Notes: generated from the sequence alone by a model not told the origin. A DNA stretch of 64,000 nucleotides from an uncultured Trueperaceae bacterium (GCA_963799485.1 CAWCXJ010000012.1:96001-160000), one strand, 5' to 3'. Shown: positions 1 to 10,575, numbered from the stretch's first letter. Made by a program: numbers and translations.

Positions 1-801
1 GCCCGGGGTGTATACCCTTCTGACTTGACGGGTTACCTCCCTCGCCATCCGTTCGGCCTCGCTGTAGTAGCTCGCCTCGCCGGTCAACTTGTACATGTAG
101 AGTTGATAACGAATAAATTGCACATAGGGATGCATGAGGTCACGAGTCAAAAACGGAAAGCCGAACGGTACGTTGTTGCGTTTACGCCACTTGGCCTCGA
201 AATCGTTTTTTAGATAGTCTTCCCAAAATATCGCGTGTTCGCGGTAGCGCGGATTAAACGCAGCATTTTCGCGAAGTGCGGCGGCAGCGGCGGCGACGAC
301 GGAGTGAGTTAGAATCTCTTCCATCGTGTACTCGTCGTCGCCGTAGAGCGACGGGTTGCTGCCTCTTGCAAGGTAACGCCAGTTTCTAAAGCCGTCGCCG
401 TTGTAGTCGGCTAGTTCAGCGCGGGCCAACTCCATCAACCGGTCGATTTCATCGAGCAGCGCCAGGTCTTTGGTAACCCGCAGCGCAGTCAGCAGGCTCG
501 TAAGGTAGTTGTTGAACTTTCTGCCTAAATCGTTGAGGTCACCGCTGGCAGCGAGCCGTTCGGGATTAAAATCGCTGTCGCTGTTATTGACGTATCTGAT
601 ACCGTCCCAAAGGCGGGCGTGCCACACCTTCATCTCACCGGGAAGCTGGTTCGGGCTGAAGTTCGGGTCGCCTTTTAAGCTGTAGGTGCCTACCGGCTTA
701 AGGGGTGGGCTCACACGGGAAACAGCCTGGGATTTTACACCGGGGAGGGTACAGCTCGTTAGGAGCAGCGCAAACAAACAGGTTAAAACGCGAGTTATCA
801 C
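1..801 (-). CDS. Lipoprotein of unknown function (runs off window edge)
   Basis: Not in the ORF track. Hand translation from GTG 801 gives VITRVLTCLFALLLTSC-TLPG...DYNGDGFRNWRY..., open to position 1, with lipobox LTSC. Confidence 0.75.
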   Translation of the reverse strand, partial: MITRVLTCLFALLLTSCTLPGVKSQAVSRVSPPLKPVGTYSLKGDPNFSPNQLPGEMKVWHARLWDGIRYVNNSDSDFNPERLAASGDLNDLGRKFNNYLTSLLTALRVTKDLALLDEIDRLMELARAELADYNGDGFRNWRYLARGSNPSLYGDDEYTMEEILTHSVVAAAAAALRENAAFNPRYREHAIFWEDYLKNDFEAKWRKRNNVPFGFPFLTRDLMHPYVQFIRYQLYMYKLTGEASYYSEAERMAREVTRQVRRVYTPG

Positions 802-949
802 GGTTTACATCGTACCGAGGAAACGTGAAGTCCATGTGACGCTTGTCTCCCGGCTGCAAGTCGGCGTCGAAAAAGGTCTGGGAATCCGGTAGCGTCTTTA
901 GGCCCCAATCGTCCAAATCACGCCCTGGACGCCTTTAAGCGCGTACGAG

Positions 950-1753
950 TTAAGTAAACCACTCGAGCGACCCCTGTTTCTCCCGCACCGTAAAACCCAC
1001 CGCGCCGTAAATATTTTTGGCGAAGTAATGCTCGTCGGCAACGATCACGAGCGTTTTGGCCCCCAAGGTTGAGAGCGCAAAACGTCCTACTTCGTAAAGC
1101 AGGGTGCTGCAAATCCCGCGCCGCCGCAAGTCCGGGTGCGTTACGACCGACTGATAGCGGGCCAAGTTGCCCACGTGCAAGTCGGCAAAAATGCCCATAT
1201 CGGCGACCAGCTTCCCGTCCAAAAAGGCTCCGAACCACCTTCCTAGACCCGCCGCAATCATCTTCCGGTAAGACTCGGTACTCGCTTCGTAAAACCTTCG
1301 GTAGCTTGCCTCGTCGTCTTTTTCCTGACGGCAGAGGACGTGCAGCTCGACGTGTTCGGCAAACTCGGCGTCGGTCGTAAGCGCCCGGATGTCAAGTTCA
1401 TGGTGGTAACGGCGCGGCAGCACGAGTGTATCGGTTGCCATGACGACCTCTTCGCCCAGCGCGAAACCGGCGGCGAGAAAGTCGGCGGTGTCGCCGTGCC
1501 GCCCGTCTACCGTGTCCCACGCGAAAAGCTTGTGTGTGATGCGCGGCGGCGTGCCGACCTCACGGGCAAAAAGCTCGTTCCAGCGCCTGAAATCTCCCGG
1601 CTCGGGTGGCGCGCCGAAGATAAGAAAGTTACCCCAGCGGTAGCTTGGATTGCTCGGTGTGCGGATAACCAGGTAACGGCCCCGGTCTACGACTTCGCCT
1701 TCAAAACGGTGAAAAATCAGGTCGGTACGGTAGCCGAGTGAGGTCGGTTGCAT
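950..1753 (-). CDS. GNAT family N-acetyltransferase
   Basis: Acetyl-CoA motif VVTHPDLRRRGIC and C-terminal YGAVGF; TAGCTT 7 nt before ATG (leaderless). Confidence 0.85.
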   Translation of the reverse strand: MQPTSLGYRTDLIFHRFEGEVVDRGRYLVIRTPSNPSYRWGNFLIFGAPPEPGDFRRWNELFAREVGTPPRITHKLFAWDTVDGRHGDTADFLAAGFALGEEVVMATDTLVLPRRYHHELDIRALTTDAEFAEHVELHVLCRQEKDDEASYRRFYEASTESYRKMIAAGLGRWFGAFLDGKLVADMGIFADLHVGNLARYQSVVTHPDLRRRGICSTLLYEVGRFALSTLGAKTLVIVADEHYFAKNIYGAVGFTVREKQGSLEWFT

Positions 1754-1953
1754 AGCGCTTAAGCTACCATTCAGGAGAGCAGCAGGACTCGAGCCTCCTC
1801 CAACAAACTACGTCCCACAAACAATTTAGGAACTATTCCGAGTAAGCTGCTCGGGTATTGACGTGGCGTTGGCAGGGCGCTAGACTACCCCTAAATCCGA
1901 CCTCGGCGCTAGGTTTTCGTCGTTTCGACGCGGGTGGTGCCAGAAGGAGCTTT

Positions 1954-3000
1954 ATGCTCAGCAAAGCCAAACTTGCCGGTTATCTCGGTCTCGCCCTGAC
2001 TTTTTCGGGGGTTGTCCTCGCCCAAAACGACCTCGGCGCTATCAAAACCTATCTGCTGGGTAAAACCGCGGCGCTCGTCGCCTCAACCGACGAACTCGCG
2101 GTGCTCAGCCGGCAGTATTACGAGTTGGCAAAAGCCGCCGATTTCGACTACGAAGCGCTCTGGGCCGATCGTCGGGCCGAAGTCTCGCGGCTTCTTCTAG
2201 ACGCCAGAGACGCCTGGACGACTGCCAGCCCGCTTTATGAACAGATGGAAGGTATCGTGGCCGGGACGCCCGGCTTGGCTCAGTTCGACGTTGACCTCGA
2301 TGCGGGCGCTGCCGCTGCCGAAGACCCCGAGAACGCGGTTTCGTTCGATATCACCCTCCCCGACGGGCAGGTGCTCGAGAAACCCGGCAACCTCATGGGC
2401 GTCACCGAGAGTACGCTTTACGGCACCTTTGCGGCCTACTCGAGCGGTGTCGGGGCCGACCTCGGCGGCGATGGCAAGCTGGCCTTCAGCGACCTTTTAC
2501 CCGACGCCAACGTGCTCCTCGGCGGGGCGCAAAAGATGGCGGCGACGGCCCGCGACCTCGCGACCTCGGCCAAAGCCTGGGAGCCCAGCGCGTCCGACGC
2601 CTTTACCGCGCTCATCGTGATGGTTCCGACCATGAACGAGTATTTTGCGTCGTGGCGCGACTCGAGGTTCGTCGCAGGGGAAGACTCGGGCCAGCGCGAT
2701 TTCGTAGCAATCTCACGGCTTGCCGACGTTCAAGATATTCTGGGCGGGTTGCAAATCGTGCTGAAAAGCGTCAGCCCGCAAATCAGCACCGTCGACGCCG
2801 CCCAGAGCGAGCAGTTAGCGGCGCGCCTAGACGGTCTCAAGGCTTACGTCGGTAAAGTTTACGCCCAGGAGCGGTCCGGCAAACGGTTCAGCCCGGAAGA
2901 GGCCGACCTCTTGGGCGTCGAGGCGCAAGACCGCGCGACCGCGATTACCGGGCAGTTGGCTCAGGTTGCCGGTGTGCTCGGCGTTACGGTCGAAAACTAA
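1954..3000 (+). CDS. Imelysin/EfeO-like periplasmic iron-uptake protein
   Basis: RBS AAGGAG before ATG 1954; signal peptide; ARDAW...YEQMEG helix typical of imelysin/M75-like proteins; adjacent to an FTR1 permease. Confidence 0.7.
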   Translation: MLSKAKLAGYLGLALTFSGVVLAQNDLGAIKTYLLGKTAALVASTDELAVLSRQYYELAKAADFDYEALWADRRAEVSRLLLDARDAWTTASPLYEQMEGIVAGTPGLAQFDVDLDAGAAAAEDPENAVSFDITLPDGQVLEKPGNLMGVTESTLYGTFAAYSSGVGADLGGDGKLAFSDLLPDANVLLGGAQKMAATARDLATSAKAWEPSASDAFTALIVMVPTMNEYFASWRDSRFVAGEDSGQRDFVAISRLADVQDILGGLQIVLKSVSPQISTVDAAQSEQLAARLDGLKAYVGKVYAQERSGKRFSPEEADLLGVEAQDRATAITGQLAQVAGVLGVTVEN

Positions 3001-3001
3001 G

Positions 3002-5326
3002 ATGAGACGTTTTACGGCTCTTTTTACGGTGCTCGCTGTTTTCGGCGTTGCTGTTTTTGTCTCTGCCTTTTCGGTGGCGCTGGCGGCGTCACCTGCCCAA
3101 CTTGCCGAGACCGTGCGGAGCAGTCTGGCAGCGGCGCAGCTCGAGCTGATGCTTTCGCCCGAAGCTGCCCGTGCGCCGCTGCAAAAAGCGAGAGCGGCTT
3201 ACGCAAAGCTGGGGTTAGCGGGGCTCGAGCCCACTAATACCCGCGCCGAAGCCGCCTTGACCCGGGCGGAAAGGGCCGTAAAACAGGGTGACGGGGCCGC
3301 CTTTGCCGCTGCCAAAGCCCAGCTCTGGACGGCCCTGTTGGGTGCCGGTTTTAAGCGCACGGTGACGGCGATTCAGCAGGCTAAACCAGAAACAGCCGCG
3401 TCGTGGCTCGTGTTACGGGAGTTTCGTCAAGCGACCCGGTTTTCTCGCCCCGACGCCGACGCGACGCTCGCCTTGCGGCGCTGGGGAGCCGGCGAACTGT
3501 CGCAGGAAAAAGCTCTGGCGGCGGTGCGCGCCGACCTGCTCGATACTTACGGGGCGAGGCTCGAGGAGACCCTGGCGGACGTCAACGCGGCCAGTGCGCA
3601 GAACTTTTCAGTACGCACCGCCGAAGCCGCCGCGCTAGCTAGAGGCTACTTTGCGATTTTGGCACCGAGTTTTCGTGAACAGCGCGGCGCAGCCGCGTTG
3701 CGAGAAGCTGAACAGGCGTTTGCGGGGTTGGCGCGCGGTGACGTTGCACCGGTTCAGGCGGCGCTCGCCGGGTTTCGCGCGGCCCCCCTCAGCCCCGACG
3801 AACAGGCCAGCCGCGCCGGTCAGCTCTTCCGCTTCCTGCTGCTTGTCCCGGTCGAGTACGGGCGCGGCGTTCGTAGAGGCGAGGTTACAGTTGACCTCGA
3901 GATTCGTGAAGCCATCAGCTTCCTGGAAGCCGCGACTGCCGCCTTTGCCGACATTCAGGGCGAACTGACGACGCGCGACGCCGCCGCCACCGCACGCGCC
4001 GCCGAGCTTTTCGCCGGACTGACGCAAACCTTGGACGACGCCAGCAAAAACACTGCCGTCGCCGCACCGGACGCGGTGAAAGGCAACGTTCAGACGCTGA
4101 CTGCAACGCTTCAGGGCGTGATGCCCGCCGCGTGGCTTCGGCAAAACAGCAGCGCCGACTTCGACGTGATTGAAGAAGCGCTGTCGCAGCTCGAGGCTGC
4201 CGTCGCTACCGGCGCCTACGCGCAGGCCGAATCTGCCCGCATCGGAGCCTACGCGATTTTAGAAAGTGGCCCTGAAGCGAAACTAACCGCGTTTGCGCCG
4301 CGCTTTGTCCCGGAAATCGAGAACCTGTTCTGGTACGGCTCGGAACCCAAGGGTCTGGCGTACCTGCTCAGCCGTCACGCACCTTTGGCCGAAGTTCAGG
4401 CGACCCGAGCCGCGCTTTCAGCAAAGCTCGCCGAGGCGAAAACCGCAATTGGCGGCTCCAAAGCGCCGGGTTCGGTGGCGACCAACGCCGCGATCATCGT
4501 CTTTCGGGAGGGGCTCGAGGCCGTCCTTATCTTGGCCTCGCTCCTCGGCAGCCTCAAAATGGCGTCGATGCAGCGCTTTCGCCGTCCGCTCTGGGTCGGC
4601 GTCTGGAGCGCTTTAGTCGCTAGCGCCGTAACATTTACGGTGATACGCGGGGCGCTCTTGGCCTTTGCCCAGTTCGGCGAGAAGCTCGAGGCCGTCGTTT
4701 CGGTTGTCGCTATCGGTGTGCTTTTGGTCATCACCAACTGGTTTTTTCACGACACCTACTGGACGGACTGGATGGCCGGGTTTCACAAAAAGAAAGCGCG
4801 CATCATCGGCGCAGGGGTCGGGCAGTTTGTCGGGCTAGCCCTTTTAGGTTTTACCAGCGTCTACCGCGAAGGTTTTGAAACCGCCTTGTTCTTGCAGGCG
4901 CTCATGCTCGAGGCGGGTAGCCTCAGCGTGCTGGCGGGCGTCGCCTTAGGCCTCGCCGCGACGTTTGCAGTCGGTTTTATCGTCTTTCAGGTGCAGACCA
5001 AACTGCCGTACAAAAAGATGCTCGTCGTGACGGCGGTCATGCTCGGCGCAGTTTTGCTGGTGATGGTCGGCAATACCGCGCACGCCCTGCAGGTGGTCGG
5101 CTGGTTGCCGACGCATCCGCTGCGTTTTCTCGAGTTTCCCTACTGGGCGGGGCTCTGGTTTGGACTTTACGCGACGTGGGAAGGGCTTGCCTTACAAGCC
5201 GTTGCCGGGACTTTTGTCACTGGGAGCTACTTCTTGGCTGAGCGGCTCAAAGAGCGCAGACGCCGCACACCAGCTAAAACGTCTAAGCCTGTGTCTGAAA
5301 AGGCGCTGCAAACGGCTGAACGCTAA
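3002..5326 (+). CDS. FTR1-family iron permease with long N-terminal periplasmic region
   Basis: Two RExxE motifs (REGLEA, REGFET) in a C-terminal multi-TM domain; signal peptide. Confidence 0.88.
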   Translation: MRRFTALFTVLAVFGVAVFVSAFSVALAASPAQLAETVRSSLAAAQLELMLSPEAARAPLQKARAAYAKLGLAGLEPTNTRAEAALTRAERAVKQGDGAAFAAAKAQLWTALLGAGFKRTVTAIQQAKPETAASWLVLREFRQATRFSRPDADATLALRRWGAGELSQEKALAAVRADLLDTYGARLEETLADVNAASAQNFSVRTAEAAALARGYFAILAPSFREQRGAAALREAEQAFAGLARGDVAPVQAALAGFRAAPLSPDEQASRAGQLFRFLLLVPVEYGRGVRRGEVTVDLEIREAISFLEAATAAFADIQGELTTRDAAATARAAELFAGLTQTLDDASKNTAVAAPDAVKGNVQTLTATLQGVMPAAWLRQNSSADFDVIEEALSQLEAAVATGAYAQAESARIGAYAILESGPEAKLTAFAPRFVPEIENLFWYGSEPKGLAYLLSRHAPLAEVQATRAALSAKLAEAKTAIGGSKAPGSVATNAAIIVFREGLEAVLILASLLGSLKMASMQRFRRPLWVGVWSALVASAVTFTVIRGALLAFAQFGEKLEAVVSVVAIGVLLVITNWFFHDTYWTDWMAGFHKKKARIIGAGVGQFVGLALLGFTSVYREGFETALFLQALMLEAGSLSVLAGVALGLAATFAVGFIVFQVQTKLPYKKMLVVTAVMLGAVLLVMVGNTAHALQVVGWLPTHPLRFLEFPYWAGLWFGLYATWEGLALQAVAGTFVTGSYFLAERLKERRRRTPAKTSKPVSEKALQTAER

Positions 5327-5390
5327 ACTGGTTGAAAACAGCGTTATAGGTTCCAAAGGTCCTCCTCTGGAACTTTTTAGCTGGGCTCGT

Positions 5391-6233
5391 CTAGTCCACG
5401 AGCGATTTAGTTTTCTGGACGAGACTACCTAAACGCTTATGGTTGTGTCCTAATTCTTCCGCTGTCCGGCCCACACAGCCCAAGATATCCGTCACTTCGT
5501 CGGCAAACGCTTCCGGACTTTTCTCAAAGGTGCGCGTCTCGGCGACCGCACCTTTTTCGTTGACGAAGTAGCGTTCGTTAAGGGCAAAAAGCACCTGCAC
5601 GAGGCTATAGACACACTCAAAGAAGCATCCGGCAACGTAAGAACTTTCTGCGCGTTTGACAGGCTTTTCACTAATTGCCAAGGCAAACTCGGCTACTTGT
5701 AAAAAGGTAGGAATCAGCGCCGCTTTAAGCTTAGGCGGGTAGATAGCAAGCTGCGTTTGCAGCGCGCGCAACTCTCCTGCGGGGTCGTAGAGAATCCGAG
5801 CATAGTGGACTTCTCCTAAGTAGATAGGGCTGTGAAACCCATGCGGATGACCGCCGTGAAGATGTCGTTCCGGCTGACCCACGCGGCACTGCTCTAGCAC
5901 TTTTGTGACCCTATCCAGATCGCGGTAGATAAAGTCAACGCGCTGACCACCGATGGTGAGCCATGCGCCGCCGTTGACCCAAGTCCCCCAACCGCCGTAA
6001 CCTGTGACCGTCTCGTCGGAACCGCTGTCATCAACCGCCTTGGCCAACGCCTTGAACGTCCAAATGTCGGGGGGCGTGTCCGCGTGGTAGTACACGCCTA
6101 AATCGATGTCGCTCTCCGGATGCCCGCGGCCCCTTGCCAACGAGCCGCCTAACGTAACTGCCTGAACGCCGGAAATCCAACCTAAACGTTCGGCTAGTTC
6201 TTCAGCTAGAGCATACTGCGCTGCTGCGTCCAT
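5391..6233 (-). CDS. Nucleotidyltransferase-domain protein (DUF4037-like)
   Basis: GGSLARG...SDIDL Pol-beta NTase motif; WGTWVNGGAWL. Confidence 0.8.
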   Translation of the reverse strand: MDAAAQYALAEELAERLGWISGVQAVTLGGSLARGRGHPESDIDLGVYYHADTPPDIWTFKALAKAVDDSGSDETVTGYGGWGTWVNGGAWLTIGGQRVDFIYRDLDRVTKVLEQCRVGQPERHLHGGHPHGFHSPIYLGEVHYARILYDPAGELRALQTQLAIYPPKLKAALIPTFLQVAEFALAISEKPVKRAESSYVAGCFFECVYSLVQVLFALNERYFVNEKGAVAETRTFEKSPEAFADEVTDILGCVGRTAEELGHNHKRLGSLVQKTKSLVD

Positions 6234-6244
6234 ATCGCCTCATT

Positions 6245-6270
6245 AAAAAGAGCGGCTTCGGAGCCGCTCT
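6245..6270 (-). terminator. Rho-independent terminator after pruA
   Basis: AGAGCGGCT-TCGG-AGCCGCTCT hairpin followed by a T-run on the minus strand. Confidence 0.75.
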
Positions 6271-6286
6271 CGTAAACTTGAAGTCT

Positions 6287-7840
6287 CTAGTACCGCTCGG
6301 CAACGGTTTTCATCTCCATAAAGAGCCGCAGGTAGTCCGGCCCCCCCGCTTTCGCGTTTGAGCCCGAGAGGTTAAACCCGCCGAACGGCTGCACCCCGAC
6401 GAGCGCCCCGGTAATTTTACGGTTTAAGTACAAGTTCCCGACGTGAAACTCGCGCCGTGCCCGCTCCAAACGTGAACGGTCTTTGCTGATAACACCGCCC
6501 GTGAGCCCGTAAACCGTCGCGTTCGCCAGCTCGAGCGCGTGGTCGAAGTCTCGCGCCCGCATAACCGACAAGACCGGCCCGAAAATCTCTTCACAGGCAA
6601 TCGATGCGCTCTGCGGCACCTCGGCAAAGATGGTGGGTTCGATAAAAAAGCCTGTTTCGTCGCCCCGGTTGCCGCCCAACACGAGCTTCGCCTCGGTTTT
6701 ACCGTTTTCGATATAGCCCATGATCTTATCGACCGCTTTTTGATTGATGACCGCGCCCACATCGCTATTTTCTTCCGCTGGGCCGAACGAGAGCCGTTTA
6801 GCACGCTCCACGACCTTCCCCAGCAACGCGTCGTAAACCTCATCGACGACGATTAAGCGGCTCAGCGCCGAACATTTCTGCCCTTGAAAGCCGAAGGCGC
6901 TGGCGACGGCAGCGCCTGCTGCCATGTCCAGATCAGCCGTCTCATCGACAATCAGCGCGTCTTTGCCGCCCAACTCGGCGTAAACTTTTTTCAGCCACTT
7001 CTGCCCCGGTTGGAGTTTGGCGGCGCGTTCATGGATGCGCAGGCCCGTCGTAAGCGACCCCGTAAAGTTGATAAACCGGGTGCGCGGATGGTCGACCAAA
7101 AGGTCGCCGATGTCGGCGTCTGCGCCCGTAACCAGGTTGATGACGCCCGCCGGAAAACCTGCCTCGGCAACGCATTCCATAAATTTTTGCGCGATAATCG
7201 GCGTGTCGGGCGAGGGTTTGACGATGACGGTGTTGCCGACGACGACCGGCCCGACGGCGGTACCGACTAAAATCGCCAGCAAAAAGTTCCATGGCGGAAT
7301 GACCACACCGACGCCGATAGGGACTAAAAACGAGGTGTTCTCTTCACCGGGGTAGTCGTAGGTCTCGAGCGGCCCGTCGAGTTTAAGTGCCTGCCGCGCG
7401 TAGTATTCGCAAAAGTCAATCGCCTCGGCAACGTCGGCTTCGGCCTCGGCAAAGCTCTTACTCGCTTCGAAGGTTTCCCACGCCGAGAGTTCGAATTTGC
7501 GGCGGCGCATCACGGCGGCGAGTTTGACGAGTGCCCGCGCCCGGGCGCTCATCGGCAGCTGCGACCAGCTTGCGTAAGCGTCCCAGGCCGCGTTCAGCGC
7601 CCGCTCCACCTCTTTGCGTTTAGCTTTGGCGCTGCGCCCGACAAGCTGCTCTTGGTTACACGGGTTGACGGACTCGAGCCACCCGTGCGCCGTTTCGACC
7701 CGTTCACCGCCGATGATAAGCGGGTAGTCTTGCCCGAGCTGACCGCGAACAGTCTCTAAAGCCTCTTTGTAGGCGTCCTGCACACTTCTTTGTGAAAAAT
7801 CCGAGTACGGCTCGACTTGGTAAGGCTCAAATAAATCCAT
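6287..7840 (-). CDS. pruA: L-glutamate gamma-semialdehyde (P5C) dehydrogenase
   Basis: ALDH motifs FTGS, ELGGK, GQKCSA, EEIFGP, GALVGVQPFGG; next to proline dehydrogenase. Confidence 0.93.
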   Translation of the reverse strand: MDLFEPYQVEPYSDFSQRSVQDAYKEALETVRGQLGQDYPLIIGGERVETAHGWLESVNPCNQEQLVGRSAKAKRKEVERALNAAWDAYASWSQLPMSARARALVKLAAVMRRRKFELSAWETFEASKSFAEAEADVAEAIDFCEYYARQALKLDGPLETYDYPGEENTSFLVPIGVGVVIPPWNFLLAILVGTAVGPVVVGNTVIVKPSPDTPIIAQKFMECVAEAGFPAGVINLVTGADADIGDLLVDHPRTRFINFTGSLTTGLRIHERAAKLQPGQKWLKKVYAELGGKDALIVDETADLDMAAGAAVASAFGFQGQKCSALSRLIVVDEVYDALLGKVVERAKRLSFGPAEENSDVGAVINQKAVDKIMGYIENGKTEAKLVLGGNRGDETGFFIEPTIFAEVPQSASIACEEIFGPVLSVMRARDFDHALELANATVYGLTGGVISKDRSRLERARREFHVGNLYLNRKITGALVGVQPFGGFNLSGSNAKAGGPDYLRLFMEMKTVAERY

Positions 7841-7964
7841 AAAGCGTATCCTTTGGGCAGTAAAGCGTATATATACATCACTGTAATCAGGGACGTGAGC
7901 GTTCGGGTGTCGGCTGTAAGACGCTTCTCAGAAGTCAGGATACAGCACTGAAGAGCCGCAAAAC

Positions 7965-8897
7965 CTAACCGAAAAGTCCGCGCACGACGAAGAACAAGTT
8001 GGCGGGTCGCTCGGCTAAGCGGCGGCTGAAGTAGCCGTACCAGTCGTGACCGTAGGGGATATAAATCCTGACCTTGTGGCCTCTAGCAACCAGGCGGCGC
8101 TGCAAAGCGGGTTTGACGCCATACAAAAACTGAAACTCGTAACGCTCCGGCCCGAGTCCGGCCCCGCGTACAAACGCCAGGGCTTCGCGGAGGATGCTCT
8201 CGTCGTGGGTGGCGACGCCGATAGTCGCCCCGGCCTCGAGCCCCCGGTAGACCAAATCGCGGTAATTCTGGTCGACTTTGGCCTTGTCTTGAAACGCGAC
8301 CGCTTCGCTTTCGCGGTACGCACCCTTGACAATTCGCAGCGTGGGGTTCGGGGTGCGTTCCAAGAGCCCGTTCAGGTCGTCCATCGTCCGGTACAAGTAG
8401 CTCTGCAACACGGTACCGACGTGCGTGTGACCGGCGTCTTGGAGCGCGCTGAAAAGTTCGAGCGTCCCGTTAACGTGCGGCACGTTTTCCATGTCCAAAC
8501 AGAGCTGCGCGTTTACGTCACGAGCTTTTTCGGCGATTTTCAGGGCGTTTTGCAGAGCCAGGTCGAAACTTACGCCGAGCCCCAGCTGCGTCGGCTTGAC
8601 ACTCATGTATCCTTCGCCGGGTACGTCTTTAAGCGCCTCTAGCGTCATCAAAATCTCGCTTGTCATCGCCGCCGCGCCCGCCTCGGTATCGATGAACTCA
8701 CCCAACAGGTCGAGGATGCTCTCGAGCCCGTCCTGACGCAGTGCCCGCACCGCTTCTAAAACCTCGGGCAGCTGTTCACCGGCAACAAACCTCGAGACGC
8801 CCAGATTAAACCCCCGCTGTTTGATAAACGTCGTTATCGGCGGCGCGTCGGCAACAGAAAGCACCGTGCGGCGGTAGAGATTATCGATAGCTTGCAC
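7965..8897 (-). CDS. Monofunctional proline dehydrogenase
   Basis: RFVAGE, LDME, RIVKGAY, ATHD, YIPYG...RRLAERP motifs. Confidence 0.92.
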   Translation of the reverse strand: MQAIDNLYRRTVLSVADAPPITTFIKQRGFNLGVSRFVAGEQLPEVLEAVRALRQDGLESILDLLGEFIDTEAGAAAMTSEILMTLEALKDVPGEGYMSVKPTQLGLGVSFDLALQNALKIAEKARDVNAQLCLDMENVPHVNGTLELFSALQDAGHTHVGTVLQSYLYRTMDDLNGLLERTPNPTLRIVKGAYRESEAVAFQDKAKVDQNYRDLVYRGLEAGATIGVATHDESILREALAFVRGAGLGPERYEFQFLYGVKPALQRRLVARGHKVRIYIPYGHDWYGYFSRRLAERPANLFFVVRGLFG

Positions 8898-9284
8898 GCT
8901 TTATACTACAAGATACCCGGAAGCAGATACCTAAAAGGCTTGACGTACCGCGCGCCGACTAGCAGGTAGCCGTCTTACCTGCGGCCCGAAAGTTAAGCAT
9001 CGCATACTCAACCTCTGACGTACTCTGCTAGGCTACGGATGTCCGTTGCCTGAGCCCTATTTTGTCAGGCTGCACCACTCATCTTGACGACTGCGAAGGG
9101 GAGACGCCGGGGCCTCTCGAGACGCAATGCACACTTTCATGTACGCGCTACCTAACACTCCAGCTCAGCACACTTTAGCCTGTTGTAACTACCGCCGTAA
9201 AAGCACTTGTGCTACCCTGAACCATGTCGGCGTCGCCTGCCATCAGTTCTGCCGAGGTACTTGCCAAAGGCGTGTGAGCTGCGT

Positions 9285-9971
9285 ATGAAGCTCTTTTTTA
9301 TCCGCCACGGTGAGACCGACTGGGGGGCCTTAGAGTCGCGCGGGGTACGCGGCTGGGCCCGCTCGTTTGCGCCACTTACGCCCAAAGGCCGTGTCCAGAT
9401 CGATGTGATTGCCAACGATTACCGCCTCGAGGCGGCCCAGGGCATTCTCAGCTCGTCGTATGCGCGGGCTTTAGAGTCGGCGGCGCGCCTGTCACGGGCA
9501 CTCGACAAACCCTTGCACGTCGAATACGATCTGCACGAATGGCTGCCGCAAAAAGACTCGCTCGGCGCGATGGACGACGCCATCATCCGCGACGCCAATC
9601 AGCAGCTCTCATACTACACGGGGTTTATTCCCTTCGCCGAGCGGCGTGTGCGGGCCGCTTCAGATTCGGCAACGCAAAAACCTGAGGTCGACCGGCGCGT
9701 TCCGGTGTCCGAGCGGCAGCCGCCGCCGCCCGAAGCGCGGAGTTGGGAGAGTGTCGAAGAGGTGCGTGCGCGCGTCGTGAATGTACTGCGGCGCTACGAA
9801 CACCTCGACAGCCTGATCGTCGTGTCGCACGCGGTGGTGATCAGCAGTATGCTCGGGGTGCAGCGCGCTATCGATTACGCCGAAATCGTCCCGCTCGAGC
9901 TCGACCTCTCGGCGCAGCCTTTAGCGTCTCCTCAAGCGACGCTCCCCGACGTGGATTTGCAGGTTGGTTGA
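9285..9971 (+). CDS. Histidine phosphatase (phosphoglycerate mutase-like) family protein
   Basis: MKLFFIRHGET...SS..RA...VSH. Confidence 0.85.
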   Translation: MKLFFIRHGETDWGALESRGVRGWARSFAPLTPKGRVQIDVIANDYRLEAAQGILSSSYARALESAARLSRALDKPLHVEYDLHEWLPQKDSLGAMDDAIIRDANQQLSYYTGFIPFAERRVRAASDSATQKPEVDRRVPVSERQPPPPEARSWESVEEVRARVVNVLRRYEHLDSLIVVSHAVVISSMLGVQRAIDYAEIVPLELDLSAQPLASPQATLPDVDLQVG

Positions 9972-10575
9972 GGCCGGCTTGCAGATTCAGCATCCGCTCG
10001 TCTTAACGGGCCACTTGGTGACGCTCGAGCCGCTTACCGAGCAGCATACGGGGCCGCTCCTGGAGATTGCCCGGAGGTCGCCGGAGCACTACCGCTACAC
10101 CTCGACCCCGACGACGCCCGCCGAAGCCGCAGCGTACTTCAGCCGCGCCTTTCGGGAACGAGACGAGGGCGCGGCCTATCCGTTTGCACTGCTTGTAGGC
10201 GGCAACGTCGTCGGGACGAGCCGTTACTCGCGCCTCGATTACAGTAGCCGCAACTGCGAGTTGGGATTTACCTGGCTCGAGCCGTCGGTGCAGGGAACCG
10301 GCGTCAACCGCGAGAGCAAATATCTGCTGCTTACCCACGCCTTTGAAGCTCTGAACTTCTTGCGCGTTTACTTCTACACCGACGCCCGCAACGTCCGCTC
10401 GGAAAAAGCGATTCGCAAACTAGGCGCAGTTTACGAAGGGACGCTGCGCGCCGAGCGCGTGTTAAAAGATGGTCACATCAGAGATTCGCTGCTCTTCTCA
10501 ATTATCTATACCGACTGGCCCGAGGTGAAGCGGGGGCTCGAGGCGCGTCTTGGCTCGGTGCCCGCGCAACCCTGA
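9964..10575 (+). CDS. RimJ/RimL-type GNAT acetyltransferase
   Basis: ELGFTWL...QGTGVN, TDARNVRS..AIRKLGAVYEGTLR. Confidence 0.88.
   Translation: MVEAGLQIQHPLVLTGHLVTLEPLTEQHTGPLLEIARRSPEHYRYTSTPTTPAEAAAYFSRAFRERDEGAAYPFALLVGGNVVGTSRYSRLDYSSRNCELGFTWLEPSVQGTGVNRESKYLLLTHAFEALNFLRVYFYTDARNVRSEKAIRKLGAVYEGTLRAERVLKDGHIRDSLLFSIIYTDWPEVKRGLEARLGSVPAQP

Noticed and set aside
1800..1930. Fur/DtxR box upstream of the iron genes
   Set aside because: Only weak partial palindromes; no convincing consensus.
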